Of a stretch of 46,551 nucleotides of DNA, positions 1-8,573 are shown one piece after another. The stretch comes from Promethearchaeota archaeon. Lineage in GTDB: Archaea; Asgardarchaeota; Lokiarchaeia; Sigyniarchaeales; SOKP01. The DNA is taken from the NCBI GenBank assembly GCA_048941265.1, contig JBHLNT010000011.1:1-46551 (forward strand), written 5' to 3'. The notes beneath the pieces were generated by a model, which was not told the DNA's origin, did no database searches, and saw nothing but the letters and a program-made list of their open reading frames with translations. The translations under genes were made by a program, and so were the position numbers. Numbering within the stretch: the stretch's first letter is position 1; each line of letters opens with the position of its first letter.

Positions 1-1
1 G

Positions 2-484
2 GAAAATATTAGAAGATCTGCGATAGCAACTGTAAAATGTGGTTATTGCGGATTAACTAAAGATGTATTAGTGAATTCCATATCAGAACCTGTCGATGCA
101 TTTGGAGATTTTATTGATATTTATTATGCAGATCAAGAACTTTTAAGATTAGAAAAGCGTATTGAAAAACTGAGAAATGACCAAGAATGGGGGGATTTAG
201 CCTTTTGTTATTCAGTATTATCTGATATATGCAGAGCTAAAGCAGCTGAATCATTAGAAGATGAAGAAAACGTTGATATAGATGAGGCTAATAAATGGAA
301 GGTAAGGGCGGAGGAATATAAAAGAAAAGAGAAAGATGCCCTATTAAATTTAGAGGCAAGTGAATTAGAGGGAGGCATTAAAACTGATGATGAGTCATTG
401 TTTACTGAACACGATGAAAGTTCAATGAAAAAGGAGAAAAAGATTAAGGATATTTTCGATGATCCAGGCTTCTTAGAATTCTAG
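2..484 (+). CDS. elf1: Transcription elongation factor Elf1-like protein (5' truncated by window) with long helical/acidic C-terminal extension
   Basis: Frame is open from nt 2: ENIRRSAIATVKCGYCGLTKDVLVNSISEPVDAFGDFID. This matches the second CxxC and the SEPVD-Y/F-x-x-W/F-ID motif of Elf1. The ORF track start at 71 is internal. Confidence 0.8.
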   Translation, partial: ENIRRSAIATVKCGYCGLTKDVLVNSISEPVDAFGDFIDIYYADQELLRLEKRIEKLRNDQEWGDLAFCYSVLSDICRAKAAESLEDEENVDIDEANKWKVRAEEYKRKEKDALLNLEASELEGGIKTDDESLFTEHDESSMKKEKKIKDIFDDPGFLEF

Positions 485-555
485 CTTAAGATTTTAAACT
501 AAAACCTAGTATGGTTTGGGTTCAGAACAATACCTATTCTGCTTGAATCCTTTTA

Positions 556-2292
556 TTAAGAATTATAGCTCAAGATCTTTGTTTTAACATTTGAAGGAAT
601 GTGAGTCCAAATTGGCAATTTTAAGATAAAATTAAAAAACTGTTTATTATTCATTTTTTGATGTTTAATAAAGTAGTTCCAATTATAATAAGCTAAATTA
701 TTGAAAATATTCATCAAATTAACTCCCAAAGGATTATATTTTGATGAGAAAAATCTAGCTAGAAAGCTCCCTAGACGATTTGTATGGGGACTTGATTCAG
801 GATACACAGATTCGACTAGAGGCCTGTTAAAGATTTCATAAATAGAAATGATTGGAATGAGTTTATCTAAATATTCATTTATTTTTACCATATAGTTTTC
901 ATCATTTAAGGAAAAGGAACTTAATTCATTTAATTTTTTAACAGCATAACGAAAATGTCTCTCTTTAAAATAAAGCCACATTTTAGCCATTTCATCTCTT
1001 AGATCTTTTATTACTTTTGTAACCTCAACATCTTCAAATTTAAATGCCTGTGATTTTTCGAATTTATAAATAAGAGTTAATAATATTGAATTAATAGATT
1101 CTTGATCAAACTCATCCTCGCTTTCATCCTTACTTAATAGTTTATATTTTAATTCTTTTTCAGTGGGGCTATGGACTGTGTGTGTAAATAAAGGTGTTGT
1201 CCATAAGAATTCCCTGAGTTTTTCCATTAATTTTATATTTTGACTATATTTTTTGAGAACAAAAAATTGTGTTGATAGATATTTATTTGGAATAAGGCAT
1301 TCAAGAAAGTATCTTATTTTATCAATAAAATTTAAGTATTTTATCACATTTTTCCTTTTTTGTTTAAGAGTTGAGATTTTTTTTGTGAGAAGCTTGTTTA
1401 AATTCATCAATTTCTTTATATATGAATAAAAATCTATATCATACTTTTGAACAATGTATTCATGCGAGATCAAGGGAGTTTTTAAGAATTTTTGTGACGC
1501 AGAATCAAAGTCGTCTTTTTTTACGCTCATAGCATGATCTCCAATCGTATAAGAAAAGATAACCTTTTCAAGAGCTTCTTGTAATGATTTAAATTGGCCT
1601 AAATTGTTTGGCACACCGGTAAAAACACCATGTAGCAAGGTGTTAACTCCTTTGAAAATATTATGATCATATTCTGAAATTATTACTGATTCAAATTCAC
1701 CTGGATGATGTCTTTTTGACTTGAGTTTCTTATTAAAAAGCACAATTGCTTGATTCGCTTTGTGGCATACGGTATAACTCCATTTTAAAAAGGGTTGTAT
1801 GAATTTTACCATCTTGAGTTGATAATTATAAAATTCAGGTCCAAAATAGATTGGAAATCCAAATCCACGTGAGGTAGCAAATATGAATTGAAATACGTTT
1901 CTATTTTTTTCTCCTTTCAATAATCCTGGAAATTTAAAGTGCAAAACTATTTTCGGGTAAAGAGCAGCTAGTCCTAAATTCATCCAAGCTTCAAATAAAA
2001 TAATACTATCCGGAAATCTAAATGAATCTGTTTTACTTAAAAAATCATCGCTTAATGTATTAAGAGCAGTTGGGATGGTAAAAAGCCAATCTCCTTTTTT
2101 TTTAATAGTTGTTAATCCTTCTTTAAACTTTTTAAAGATTAAAGGTTGAATTTGGTTTTGTATTTCGCTTTTTTTTTGATAATAGTTATTCATTACTCGA
2201 AATAAAGATAGCATTTCAAGGATTTGTCTCTGAGAATTATGTACTACTCTTACATGAGTAGTTTTTTCCAATTTTGGAGTAGAACTCTTCAA
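556..2292 (-). CDS. Hypothetical protein, 578 aa, largely helical
   Basis: Long ORF with TTG start; no motif recognised. Confidence 0.75.
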   Translation of the reverse strand: MKSSTPKLEKTTHVRVVHNSQRQILEMLSLFRVMNNYYQKKSEIQNQIQPLIFKKFKEGLTTIKKKGDWLFTIPTALNTLSDDFLSKTDSFRFPDSIILFEAWMNLGLAALYPKIVLHFKFPGLLKGEKNRNVFQFIFATSRGFGFPIYFGPEFYNYQLKMVKFIQPFLKWSYTVCHKANQAIVLFNKKLKSKRHHPGEFESVIISEYDHNIFKGVNTLLHGVFTGVPNNLGQFKSLQEALEKVIFSYTIGDHAMSVKKDDFDSASQKFLKTPLISHEYIVQKYDIDFYSYIKKLMNLNKLLTKKISTLKQKRKNVIKYLNFIDKIRYFLECLIPNKYLSTQFFVLKKYSQNIKLMEKLREFLWTTPLFTHTVHSPTEKELKYKLLSKDESEDEFDQESINSILLTLIYKFEKSQAFKFEDVEVTKVIKDLRDEMAKMWLYFKERHFRYAVKKLNELSSFSLNDENYMVKINEYLDKLIPIISIYEIFNRPLVESVYPESSPHTNRLGSFLARFFSSKYNPLGVNLMNIFNNLAYYNWNYFIKHQKMNNKQFFNFILKLPIWTHIPSNVKTKILSYNS

Positions 2293-2466
2293 TGACTATA
2301 ATCAACTTGAGATCTAAATCATCTATCTAATAATGCTAAGTATTTATTATGATTTTAAGTATTTTAATTTTGATTAAAAAAATGATATCTTACTGATTAT
2401 CAATAATATTATCTAATTGACATAAAATTAAGAATAAAAATTATGAAAAATAAAAAGTTCCTTTTT

Positions 2467-2907
2467 CTATTTTTTCCGCTTTGCAAATAATTGCTTCAAT
2501 TCACCCATAATGGCCCCTCTTAGACTTTGAGGACTGGCAGGGCGACTAGGTCCGGCGGGTGGGCCTCCGGGTGGGCCGCCGGGTGGACCTCCGGGTGGTG
2601 GAGGTGGACCTCCAGGCGGACTTCCAGGCGGACCTCCAATAGAGGGCGCCATAGGTGCTGCACCAGGGGAGACTGGAGCTATCCCACTTCTAGTTTTTAT
2701 GGCATTTAAATCATTTGTCATTGTGTTAACTCTAGATTGTAAATTTGAAATTTGTGATTTTAAATCAGCTAAAGATGAGTCAACAAGGTCAGGTATGCGT
2801 AAAACAATTGTCATTATTTTTTCAACAATATCCCCAAACGCATTTACTTTTTCTTCTATTGGGGATTTCTTTGCTTTATCAAGGAAGCTTGCAAATTCTT
2901 CGGCTAT
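2467..2907 (-). CDS. Coiled-coil / polyproline / C-terminal amphipathic basic helix protein (candidate actin regulator, VASP/WH2-like), ~146 aa
   Basis: Frame stays open upstream of the track start (2814) to ATA at 2907, 6 nt after a GGTGA Shine-Dalgarno, giving MAEEFASFLDKAKK... Heptad segment, GGPP repeats including GPPPPP, C-terminus SLRGAIMGELKQLFAKRKK. Confidence 0.75.
   Translation of the reverse strand: MAEEFASFLDKAKKSPIEEKVNAFGDIVEKIMTIVLRIPDLVDSSLADLKSQISNLQSRVNTMTNDLNAIKTRSGIAPVSPGAAPMAPSIGGPPGSPPGGPPPPPGGPPGGPPGGPPAGPSRPASPQSLRGAIMGELKQLFAKRKK
2545..2640 (-). repeat. GC-rich low-complexity GGPP/PPG coding repeats
   Basis: GGPPGSPPGGPPPPPGGPPGGPPGGPP; synonymous codons vary between units, consistent with selection at protein level. 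Confidence 0.85.
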
Positions 2908-3066
2908 GTCTAATCACCAATAAATTTAGTTAATAATTATATTTTGAAAGATTAAATTTTTCTAATAATTATATAATAGTTATATTTAATAAAAATATGT
3001 TTTAATGTAAAAAAATCTTAAAACTTGAATAATAAGAATAGAAAAAAAGTATGAAATAGAGAGAAC

Positions 3067-3687
3067 CTAACTCATTTCAGTGATAGAATTCTGTAGTTTT
3101 AGCCATAAATCATTAAGCTCATCTCTCGTTTGAACATATTGTTCAATTTCTTTAAGTAAAATATTTCTGGCCCTATCGAAATCTCTTTGTAAATCATTTA
3201 GTTCATTTTCTAGCATGGTGAGTTTACTTCCCTCAATCATTTTATTCTTTGTTTTCTCGATGCTTAAAGCTTTTTTTATTACGCCTGACCTTCTACCAGC
3301 GATATCCGTAAGGGCATTTGCAAATAAGTCCATTCTGGCTGCTAAATCATCCTTTCGAATGGCTAGATCTTTGATCGCATTAACATAATTGTTATTTGCT
3401 TCGATGTATTGATCGTTCTTATGAATAAAATCTTGGTAATGATTTACTTCCTCGTCTTTTACATTGGATTTAGACTCTCTGGCAAGCGTTTGCATTTGTT
3501 TTAATACATCTCTAAATGTTCTATTAAGCATTTGTCGTGCTATGTTGAGTTTTGCGATATTATCTGCAAGTTTTATATGAGAATCTGAGACTGTTCTCTG
3601 TAATCTCGCAACCTTTTTAAGATGAGAAGCTAATTCTTTTTCCATTTTGGCAAGGTCTAATTCATCTTCATGAGTGATTATTGGCAT
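3067..3687 (-). CDS. All-alpha coiled-coil protein, possible BAR-like domain
   Basis: 206 aa of long amphipathic helices, a single proline near the N-terminus, size of one BAR domain; GAGGG SD upstream. Confidence 0.6.
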   Translation of the reverse strand: MPIITHEDELDLAKMEKELASHLKKVARLQRTVSDSHIKLADNIAKLNIARQMLNRTFRDVLKQMQTLARESKSNVKDEEVNHYQDFIHKNDQYIEANNNYVNAIKDLAIRKDDLAARMDLFANALTDIAGRRSGVIKKALSIEKTKNKMIEGSKLTMLENELNDLQRDFDRARNILLKEIEQYVQTRDELNDLWLKLQNSITEMS

Positions 3688-3783
3688 TTTATTAAATCCC
3701 TCAAATATTTTTTATTTTGAATTTTTACCTACATTATATTATTATCATAATACCTTTTTTTTTTTATATTTTTATGCTCAATA

Positions 3784-4818
3784 TCAAAAAGGAAAGATAG
3801 CAGTAATGATATTATCTTTAAAATTGGCCTTTATAACTTTAGCTCTAATTTCTTTTCCCAACAAATTATCCGAATATTGAAATGGCTTATTTAGAAGTAT
3901 TTTTATTCCAATATCTTTAGTAATTTTTCCTATGCATTCATTAGGCCATCTCCCTATGGAAGCGAACTTTAATTTTATGATATCCCCTTTTCTATAATTT
4001 AGGGGGATTGCCATTTCTCTTTTTTGAATACCGAAATCATTAGGGCCCAATTTTAATTTAATATTATATTTCTTTTCTAGTTTCGATAGTTGTTTATAAA
4101 AATAGCCCCATGATTTGGGTCGAATTTTCTTTAATTTTCTACCTGTCTTATATATTAAATATTTCTGAATTCCTAGTTGAATTTTTTTTTCAGAAAAACC
4201 CTGCTTCCTTAAAGTAGTAACAAATTTAATAATATCTTCTATATCCTTATCATTTTCTCCAGGAAACCAGACTGGGGCTAATAATACGTCTATTTTAGTA
4301 TTAAGTAAAATATTAATATTTTTAATCAAATTTTTTAAATTATAATTTTTACAATCGCATAAATATTCGGCTTTTTCTTGATTCAATGTATTTAGGCTAA
4401 TATTTATACGTGAAAGCTTATTATCTTCTAGATTTTTGACAATCTGACGGTTTAAAAGTACTCCATTACTTTGCATTGAAATAATTTCAACACCTTTGAT
4501 AGTCCACAGTTTTTTTAAGAGATTATCTAATTCAGGATAAAGTAGAATCTCTCCATATGGAGCAATATGAATTTCAATGTTAGAATTACCCTTGATGGAA
4601 ACAATTTCATTAAGTTTTTCAACGAGATAATCGGAATTCACGATGAAATTGGCATCATAATCTCCAGCACTAACGAAACAATATTTACATTTGAGATTAC
4701 ATAAGGTTAAAGGTTTAATTTCAATGATGTTTGTTCCGCGATCAATTATACCTATGAAATCGACTCCATAAAGCGGAATAGCTGAATTTTGATCAATATA
4801 AATCGTATTAAAACTCAT
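3784..4818 (-). CDS. Radical SAM protein (archaeal COG2100-like, C-terminal TRAM-like region)
   Basis: CNLKCKYC CxxxCxxC motif; GIIDRGTNIIEIKP N-terminal motif. Confidence 0.85.
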   Translation of the reverse strand: MSFNTIYIDQNSAIPLYGVDFIGIIDRGTNIIEIKPLTLCNLKCKYCFVSAGDYDANFIVNSDYLVEKLNEIVSIKGNSNIEIHIAPYGEILLYPELDNLLKKLWTIKGVEIISMQSNGVLLNRQIVKNLEDNKLSRINISLNTLNQEKAEYLCDCKNYNLKNLIKNINILLNTKIDVLLAPVWFPGENDKDIEDIIKFVTTLRKQGFSEKKIQLGIQKYLIYKTGRKLKKIRPKSWGYFYKQLSKLEKKYNIKLKLGPNDFGIQKREMAIPLNYRKGDIIKLKFASIGRWPNECIGKITKDIGIKILLNKPFQYSDNLLGKEIRAKVIKANFKDNIITAIFPF

Positions 4819-4830
4819 TTTGTAGCATTT

Positions 4831-5904
4831 TTATAGTTTATATCTTAAAATTCCAACAATGGATCCTAAATCTATAATTTGTTGACCCGTAGAACTTTGA
4901 CTACTTAAGATATCAATTTCGCCTCCAGAATTTTCCACATTGGTAATTATGTTTTCAATTTTAAGTTTTTGTTTTTTTGAAGTACCTCGTATCAATAAAT
5001 CTGCTACAAATAATTGTTTAACAGCACCTTTCTCAGAAGCCTTGCTGTTTTCATCAATACCAATTGAAATTAAATCGGGCTCTGTGTTAAATAATTTAAA
5101 AATTTCTTCAATTTTTTCAGTTTCTTTTAGAATTTTCACTTTTTCCTTCAATCCCTCCAATTCCTTAGATTTTAAAGTCTCTCGGATGGCACTTTCCGTA
5201 CCGGAGCTAGCATGTATACTTCTGATTTTAGGTATATATTCTGGATTATATTTTTCTTTTAAATAATTTAATAGTAAATCTCTTGTATTTCCAGGTCCAC
5301 AAAAAATAATTAAATCAATACTAGTCGAGTTTAGATTTTCATCAACAACTTTTTTAACGTTTTCAAAAAAGTCAGTTAGAGCTTTATTTCTCTGTGATTG
5401 TTCATATCTTTTTCCAGGTATATGGGATTTTATTGTCGCGATTCTATTATGACTAAAATTAGTAATACTTTCGATTGTAGCTAGTCCCGTTTCGATGGCT
5501 ACCATTAATATGATGAAATTAGTCTCAAATTTAGATGACTGTTTTAATCTTTTCATCTCGTTGGGCGACCACTTTTCCTTAATTATTGTTAATTTCTGTC
5601 CAGTTTCAATATTAAAGGTATGATATGTGCCAAAACTCACAAAATCATCTGGTCCCTCTAAAATTGTCCCCTTAACTCTCAATCGATTTGAAAACTCATG
5701 GAAGGAAACATCTTCAACATTTAATTTTAAAAACATAGGTTTTCGTTCCCCTTTCGAACCTTCTTTAAGTACGACTCTTCTATGGGTTCGCTTAGCTATT
5801 TTGTCATTCTTTGATATGATGTTGTATAATGTCCAAAGATCGTTTAAATTATCTATTTTAATCGTGATTTCTCCTTGCTTTTGATTAAAATCAAGAATTT
5901 TCAA
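4831..5904 (-). CDS. pelA: mRNA surveillance protein pelota
   Basis: DLWTLYNII, FHEFSNRLRVKG, GTYHTFNI, GPG and C-terminal GILRY motifs. Confidence 0.95.
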   Translation of the reverse strand: MKILDFNQKQGEITIKIDNLNDLWTLYNIISKNDKIAKRTHRRVVLKEGSKGERKPMFLKLNVEDVSFHEFSNRLRVKGTILEGPDDFVSFGTYHTFNIETGQKLTIIKEKWSPNEMKRLKQSSKFETNFIILMVAIETGLATIESITNFSHNRIATIKSHIPGKRYEQSQRNKALTDFFENVKKVVDENLNSTSIDLIIFCGPGNTRDLLLNYLKEKYNPEYIPKIRSIHASSGTESAIRETLKSKELEGLKEKVKILKETEKIEEIFKLFNTEPDLISIGIDENSKASEKGAVKQLFVADLLIRGTSKKQKLKIENIITNVENSGGEIDILSSQSSTGQQIIDLGSIVGILRYKL

Positions 5905-6055
5905 ATTAAAATCTAAACTCCAAAAAAATATACTTATATTACTAAAATAATGGATAATAGAAAAATTGAATTACTCTAATTTAAGTTAAAGATGATACAA
6001 ATTTGAAAAAATAGAAAAAAAATAAAGAAAAATATACAAAAAAAGTTAACCTGAG

Positions 6056-6205
6056 TTATTGTTCCCCTAAAGCTTGTTTAACTTTCTCTAATTCTTCCAT
6101 ACGCTTCTTTTTTTCCTCTTCGCGTTTTCTCATCTCTGATTCGTCTGGTTTGGCTAAAGATACCCCTTTCTTAATTTCATTTTCAAGCTCTTTATCTATT
6201 GGCAT
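6056..6205 (-). CDS. 49-aa microprotein with WH2-like N-terminal motif and charged helix
   Basis: ATG at 6205 preceded by AGGTG SD; MPIDKELENEIKKGVSLAKPDESEMRKREEEKKKRMEELEKVKQALGEQ*; T-rich tract downstream on the minus strand; shorter than any ORF in the track. Confidence 0.75.
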   Translation of the reverse strand: MPIDKELENEIKKGVSLAKPDESEMRKREEEKKKRMEELEKVKQALGEQ

Positions 6206-6280
6206 TTTTCTACAACACCTTTTTTTTTTTATATAATATAAAAAAACTTATTTATAAGTTTTAGTTTATAGAAAATAGAT

Positions 6281-6730
6281 TTATATAATTTCTAATTCCA
6301 TTAAATATGCGTCTTCTTTTGATTGGTAATATTGAACTATTTTCTGTACGATTTTAAAGCCAAATTTATGATATAATTTTATAGCATTAGAATTTTCAAC
6401 TTGTACATTTAGAATGATTTTTTTAATATCATTTATTTTTTTGATTTTCTGAAGAGTATCGTATAAAAGACAAGAACCATACCCTTTTTTGTGGTATTTC
6501 GGATTAATTAAAAAGTTGATTATATTCGCTCTATCTAGTCTATCTTTGACTACAATAACGAATCCAATGATTTCTTTTTTAAATTTATTTTTTTCTAATT
6601 TTAAAAAAAATAAATTTTTTCGGATTAATTTCTTAATTAAATCCTCCGAAAAAGCGTTTTGATTAAATACTTTTTTTTCCAAGAGAGATATTTTATTTAA
6701 ATCATTAGAAGATACTTGTGTTATTTTCAC
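6281..6730 (-). CDS. RimI/Ard1-family GNAT N-acetyltransferase
   Basis: INPKYHKKGYGS, LNVQVENSNAIKLYHKFGF, YYQSKEDAYLM. Confidence 0.9.
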   Translation of the reverse strand: MKITQVSSNDLNKISLLEKKVFNQNAFSEDLIKKLIRKNLFFLKLEKNKFKKEIIGFVIVVKDRLDRANIINFLINPKYHKKGYGSCLLYDTLQKIKKINDIKKIILNVQVENSNAIKLYHKFGFKIVQKIVQYYQSKEDAYLMELEII

Positions 6731-7872
6731 TTAAATCCCCTGATTTCTTGTTTAAATATTTTAATCGGTGTTCGCTCTGTAATTTGACAATATTTTCCTC
6801 TGAATGGGATAATTTCTTCTATAAATCCTTCTAATTTGTTATCTTCTAAGAAATCGATAAATTCATCTGTTAAAGCAATATAATAAGGCAACTTTATTCT
6901 ATTCTTTTCGATACTTATTAGTTCTTCAGGAATTTGAAAATTTGACAAGATTAATTCTTTAGCAGTTGTCGAAATTTCTTCAGCAATTTCAATTTGGGCG
7001 TATATCAACAGCCCCTCCTCAGTTATTTCCTCATAAGGTAATTTAATTGTTTTGGCTCTTCTTAGATAGCGGTTTTTTAATTGATGATAATCTTTTGCTT
7101 TAATTGTGCAAAAATGAATTTTAAGAGAAGTATGAGGAGCTAATTTTTCAACAAGATTCATTGCTGTTTCTTTACTATTTTCAACAGAGGCAATAGTATT
7201 TTTTTTTAATTTAAATCCTTTTGCTTTTAAATATTGACTATTAGGATAACATATTTCAAATTCGTTCAAATTAATGAATTCAGCTCCAATTTTATTTAGC
7301 AAGAGAATAAAATCCTCAAGATTTTTGCTATAATCATATTCTGGAATTACAGGAACCTCAGCTCCTACAGAAATTCCTTTATTTAAAGCAAATTTAATAT
7401 GTTCCCATTTATTTTTTGGAGGATGGAACCGTATCTCATCTAGACCCGCTTCTGCTAATTCCTTTGCAATATATTCATTAAAGTTAATACCGTTCGTGTA
7501 AAGATGTACATGAAACTTCTTCCCTTTCATTTTCTTCACATATTTTATATAATCAAGAGTTTTTTCTAAGTTTGATTCTAAAAGTGGTTCGCCACCCGTT
7601 ATACTCATTCCCTTCGCGTTGATTTTGTTTATTTCAATTAATAAATCCTCATGAGAGAAAACTTGAATTTCATCAGCGAAAGTTTTATCTTTTCCTTTCC
7701 TCTCTTCTGATATTGGGCAATACCATGAACAATGATCAGGATTTTGACATATACCATTTAAAAATAAAACGACTTTAGCTCCTCTTAAACAAAGTTGACA
7801 TCCTTTAGGGATGTTTCTTCCTTTTATATAGAAAGTATTTCCTTTAGTTTCTGAGATCTTGAACCTTTTTAT
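6727..7872 (-). CDS. Radical SAM protein (COG2108-like); true start is upstream of the track start
   Basis: Frame is open upstream of 7608: ...PKGCQLCLRGAKVVLFLNGICQNPDHCSWYCPIS...GMSITGGEPL. The likely start is ATA at 7872, overlapping the upstream TAA stop. LDEIRFHP motif present. Confidence 0.85.
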   Translation of the reverse strand: MKRFKISETKGNTFYIKGRNIPKGCQLCLRGAKVVLFLNGICQNPDHCSWYCPISEERKGKDKTFADEIQVFSHEDLLIEINKINAKGMSITGGEPLLESNLEKTLDYIKYVKKMKGKKFHVHLYTNGINFNEYIAKELAEAGLDEIRFHPPKNKWEHIKFALNKGISVGAEVPVIPEYDYSKNLEDFILLLNKIGAEFINLNEFEICYPNSQYLKAKGFKLKKNTIASVENSKETAMNLVEKLAPHTSLKIHFCTIKAKDYHQLKNRYLRRAKTIKLPYEEITEEGLLIYAQIEIAEEISTTAKELILSNFQIPEELISIEKNRIKLPYYIALTDEFIDFLEDNKLEGFIEEIIPFRGKYCQITERTPIKIFKQEIRGFK

Positions 7873-8570
7873 CGTTGATATAATTTTTTTCGTATAATCG
7901 CCTTTTTATTTGATAATTTTTTTAGAACTTCTTCAGTTGTTTCATTTATATCAATCTCTCTTTTTAAATACACACCAGTTCTGCCATATTTTTCTCTTTT
8001 TAGGAGAACTTTTTTACGTTCCATTAAAGTTTCAATACTTATTCCTAACTCTTTTGCAACTATTGGCTCATTATTGATTATGGAAGCTTCTTCATGTCCC
8101 CTTGGATTCGGTTTTATGAAAACTAATCTTTTATCAATGCCGGGCACTCTTATACCTAATTTTAGTTCTTGTAAATTTATTTTTCCCCCAAAATCATAAA
8201 ACTCTAATGCTTTTTTGTCTAATTTAGTTAAGGGAATAGTAATACTTTCCAATTCGCTTAAATAGATATAAAGTTTTATTGAATCTTTTGGTGTTGCCAT
8301 AATAATTTCTCTAAAATAATGCATAAAACCGTTTTTATTCAAAATAAATTCAATTCGGAATGATTGAATTGGTTCAATAAATATAATATCAATATCACTA
8401 TTTTTATGTACATTCCCTCTAGCAACACTTCCATAAATATAAGGTGTTAAACCTTCAAACATTTCTAAAAGCTGTATAGCTCTTTCTCTTTTTGAATTCA
8501 GTAAAGTCCAATCAGATTTAGAATATACTATTGATTCGAAATGATCTCTTAAGATTTTTTCTTTTGACAT
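7869..8570 (-). CDS. Nucleotidyltransferase domain protein (archaeal COG2413-like)
   Basis: YGSVARGNVHKNSDIDI pol-beta motif; EFYDFGG, RVPGIDKRL, GRTGV. Confidence 0.9.
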   Translation of the reverse strand: MSKEKILRDHFESIVYSKSDWTLLNSKRERAIQLLEMFEGLTPYIYGSVARGNVHKNSDIDIIFIEPIQSFRIEFILNKNGFMHYFREIIMATPKDSIKLYIYLSELESITIPLTKLDKKALEFYDFGGKINLQELKLGIRVPGIDKRLVFIKPNPRGHEEASIINNEPIVAKELGISIETLMERKKVLLKREKYGRTGVYLKREIDINETTEEVLKKLSNKKAIIRKKLYQR

Positions 8571-8573
8571 GAA

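Noticed and set aside
518-550. Imperfect hairpin between convergent elf1 and the 578-aa gene
   Set aside because: Pairing too irregular to call a terminator or ncRNA
2527-2933. Plus-strand ORFs 2527-2709, 2699-2923, 2745-2933
   Set aside because: Antisense shadows of the GC-rich polyproline gene
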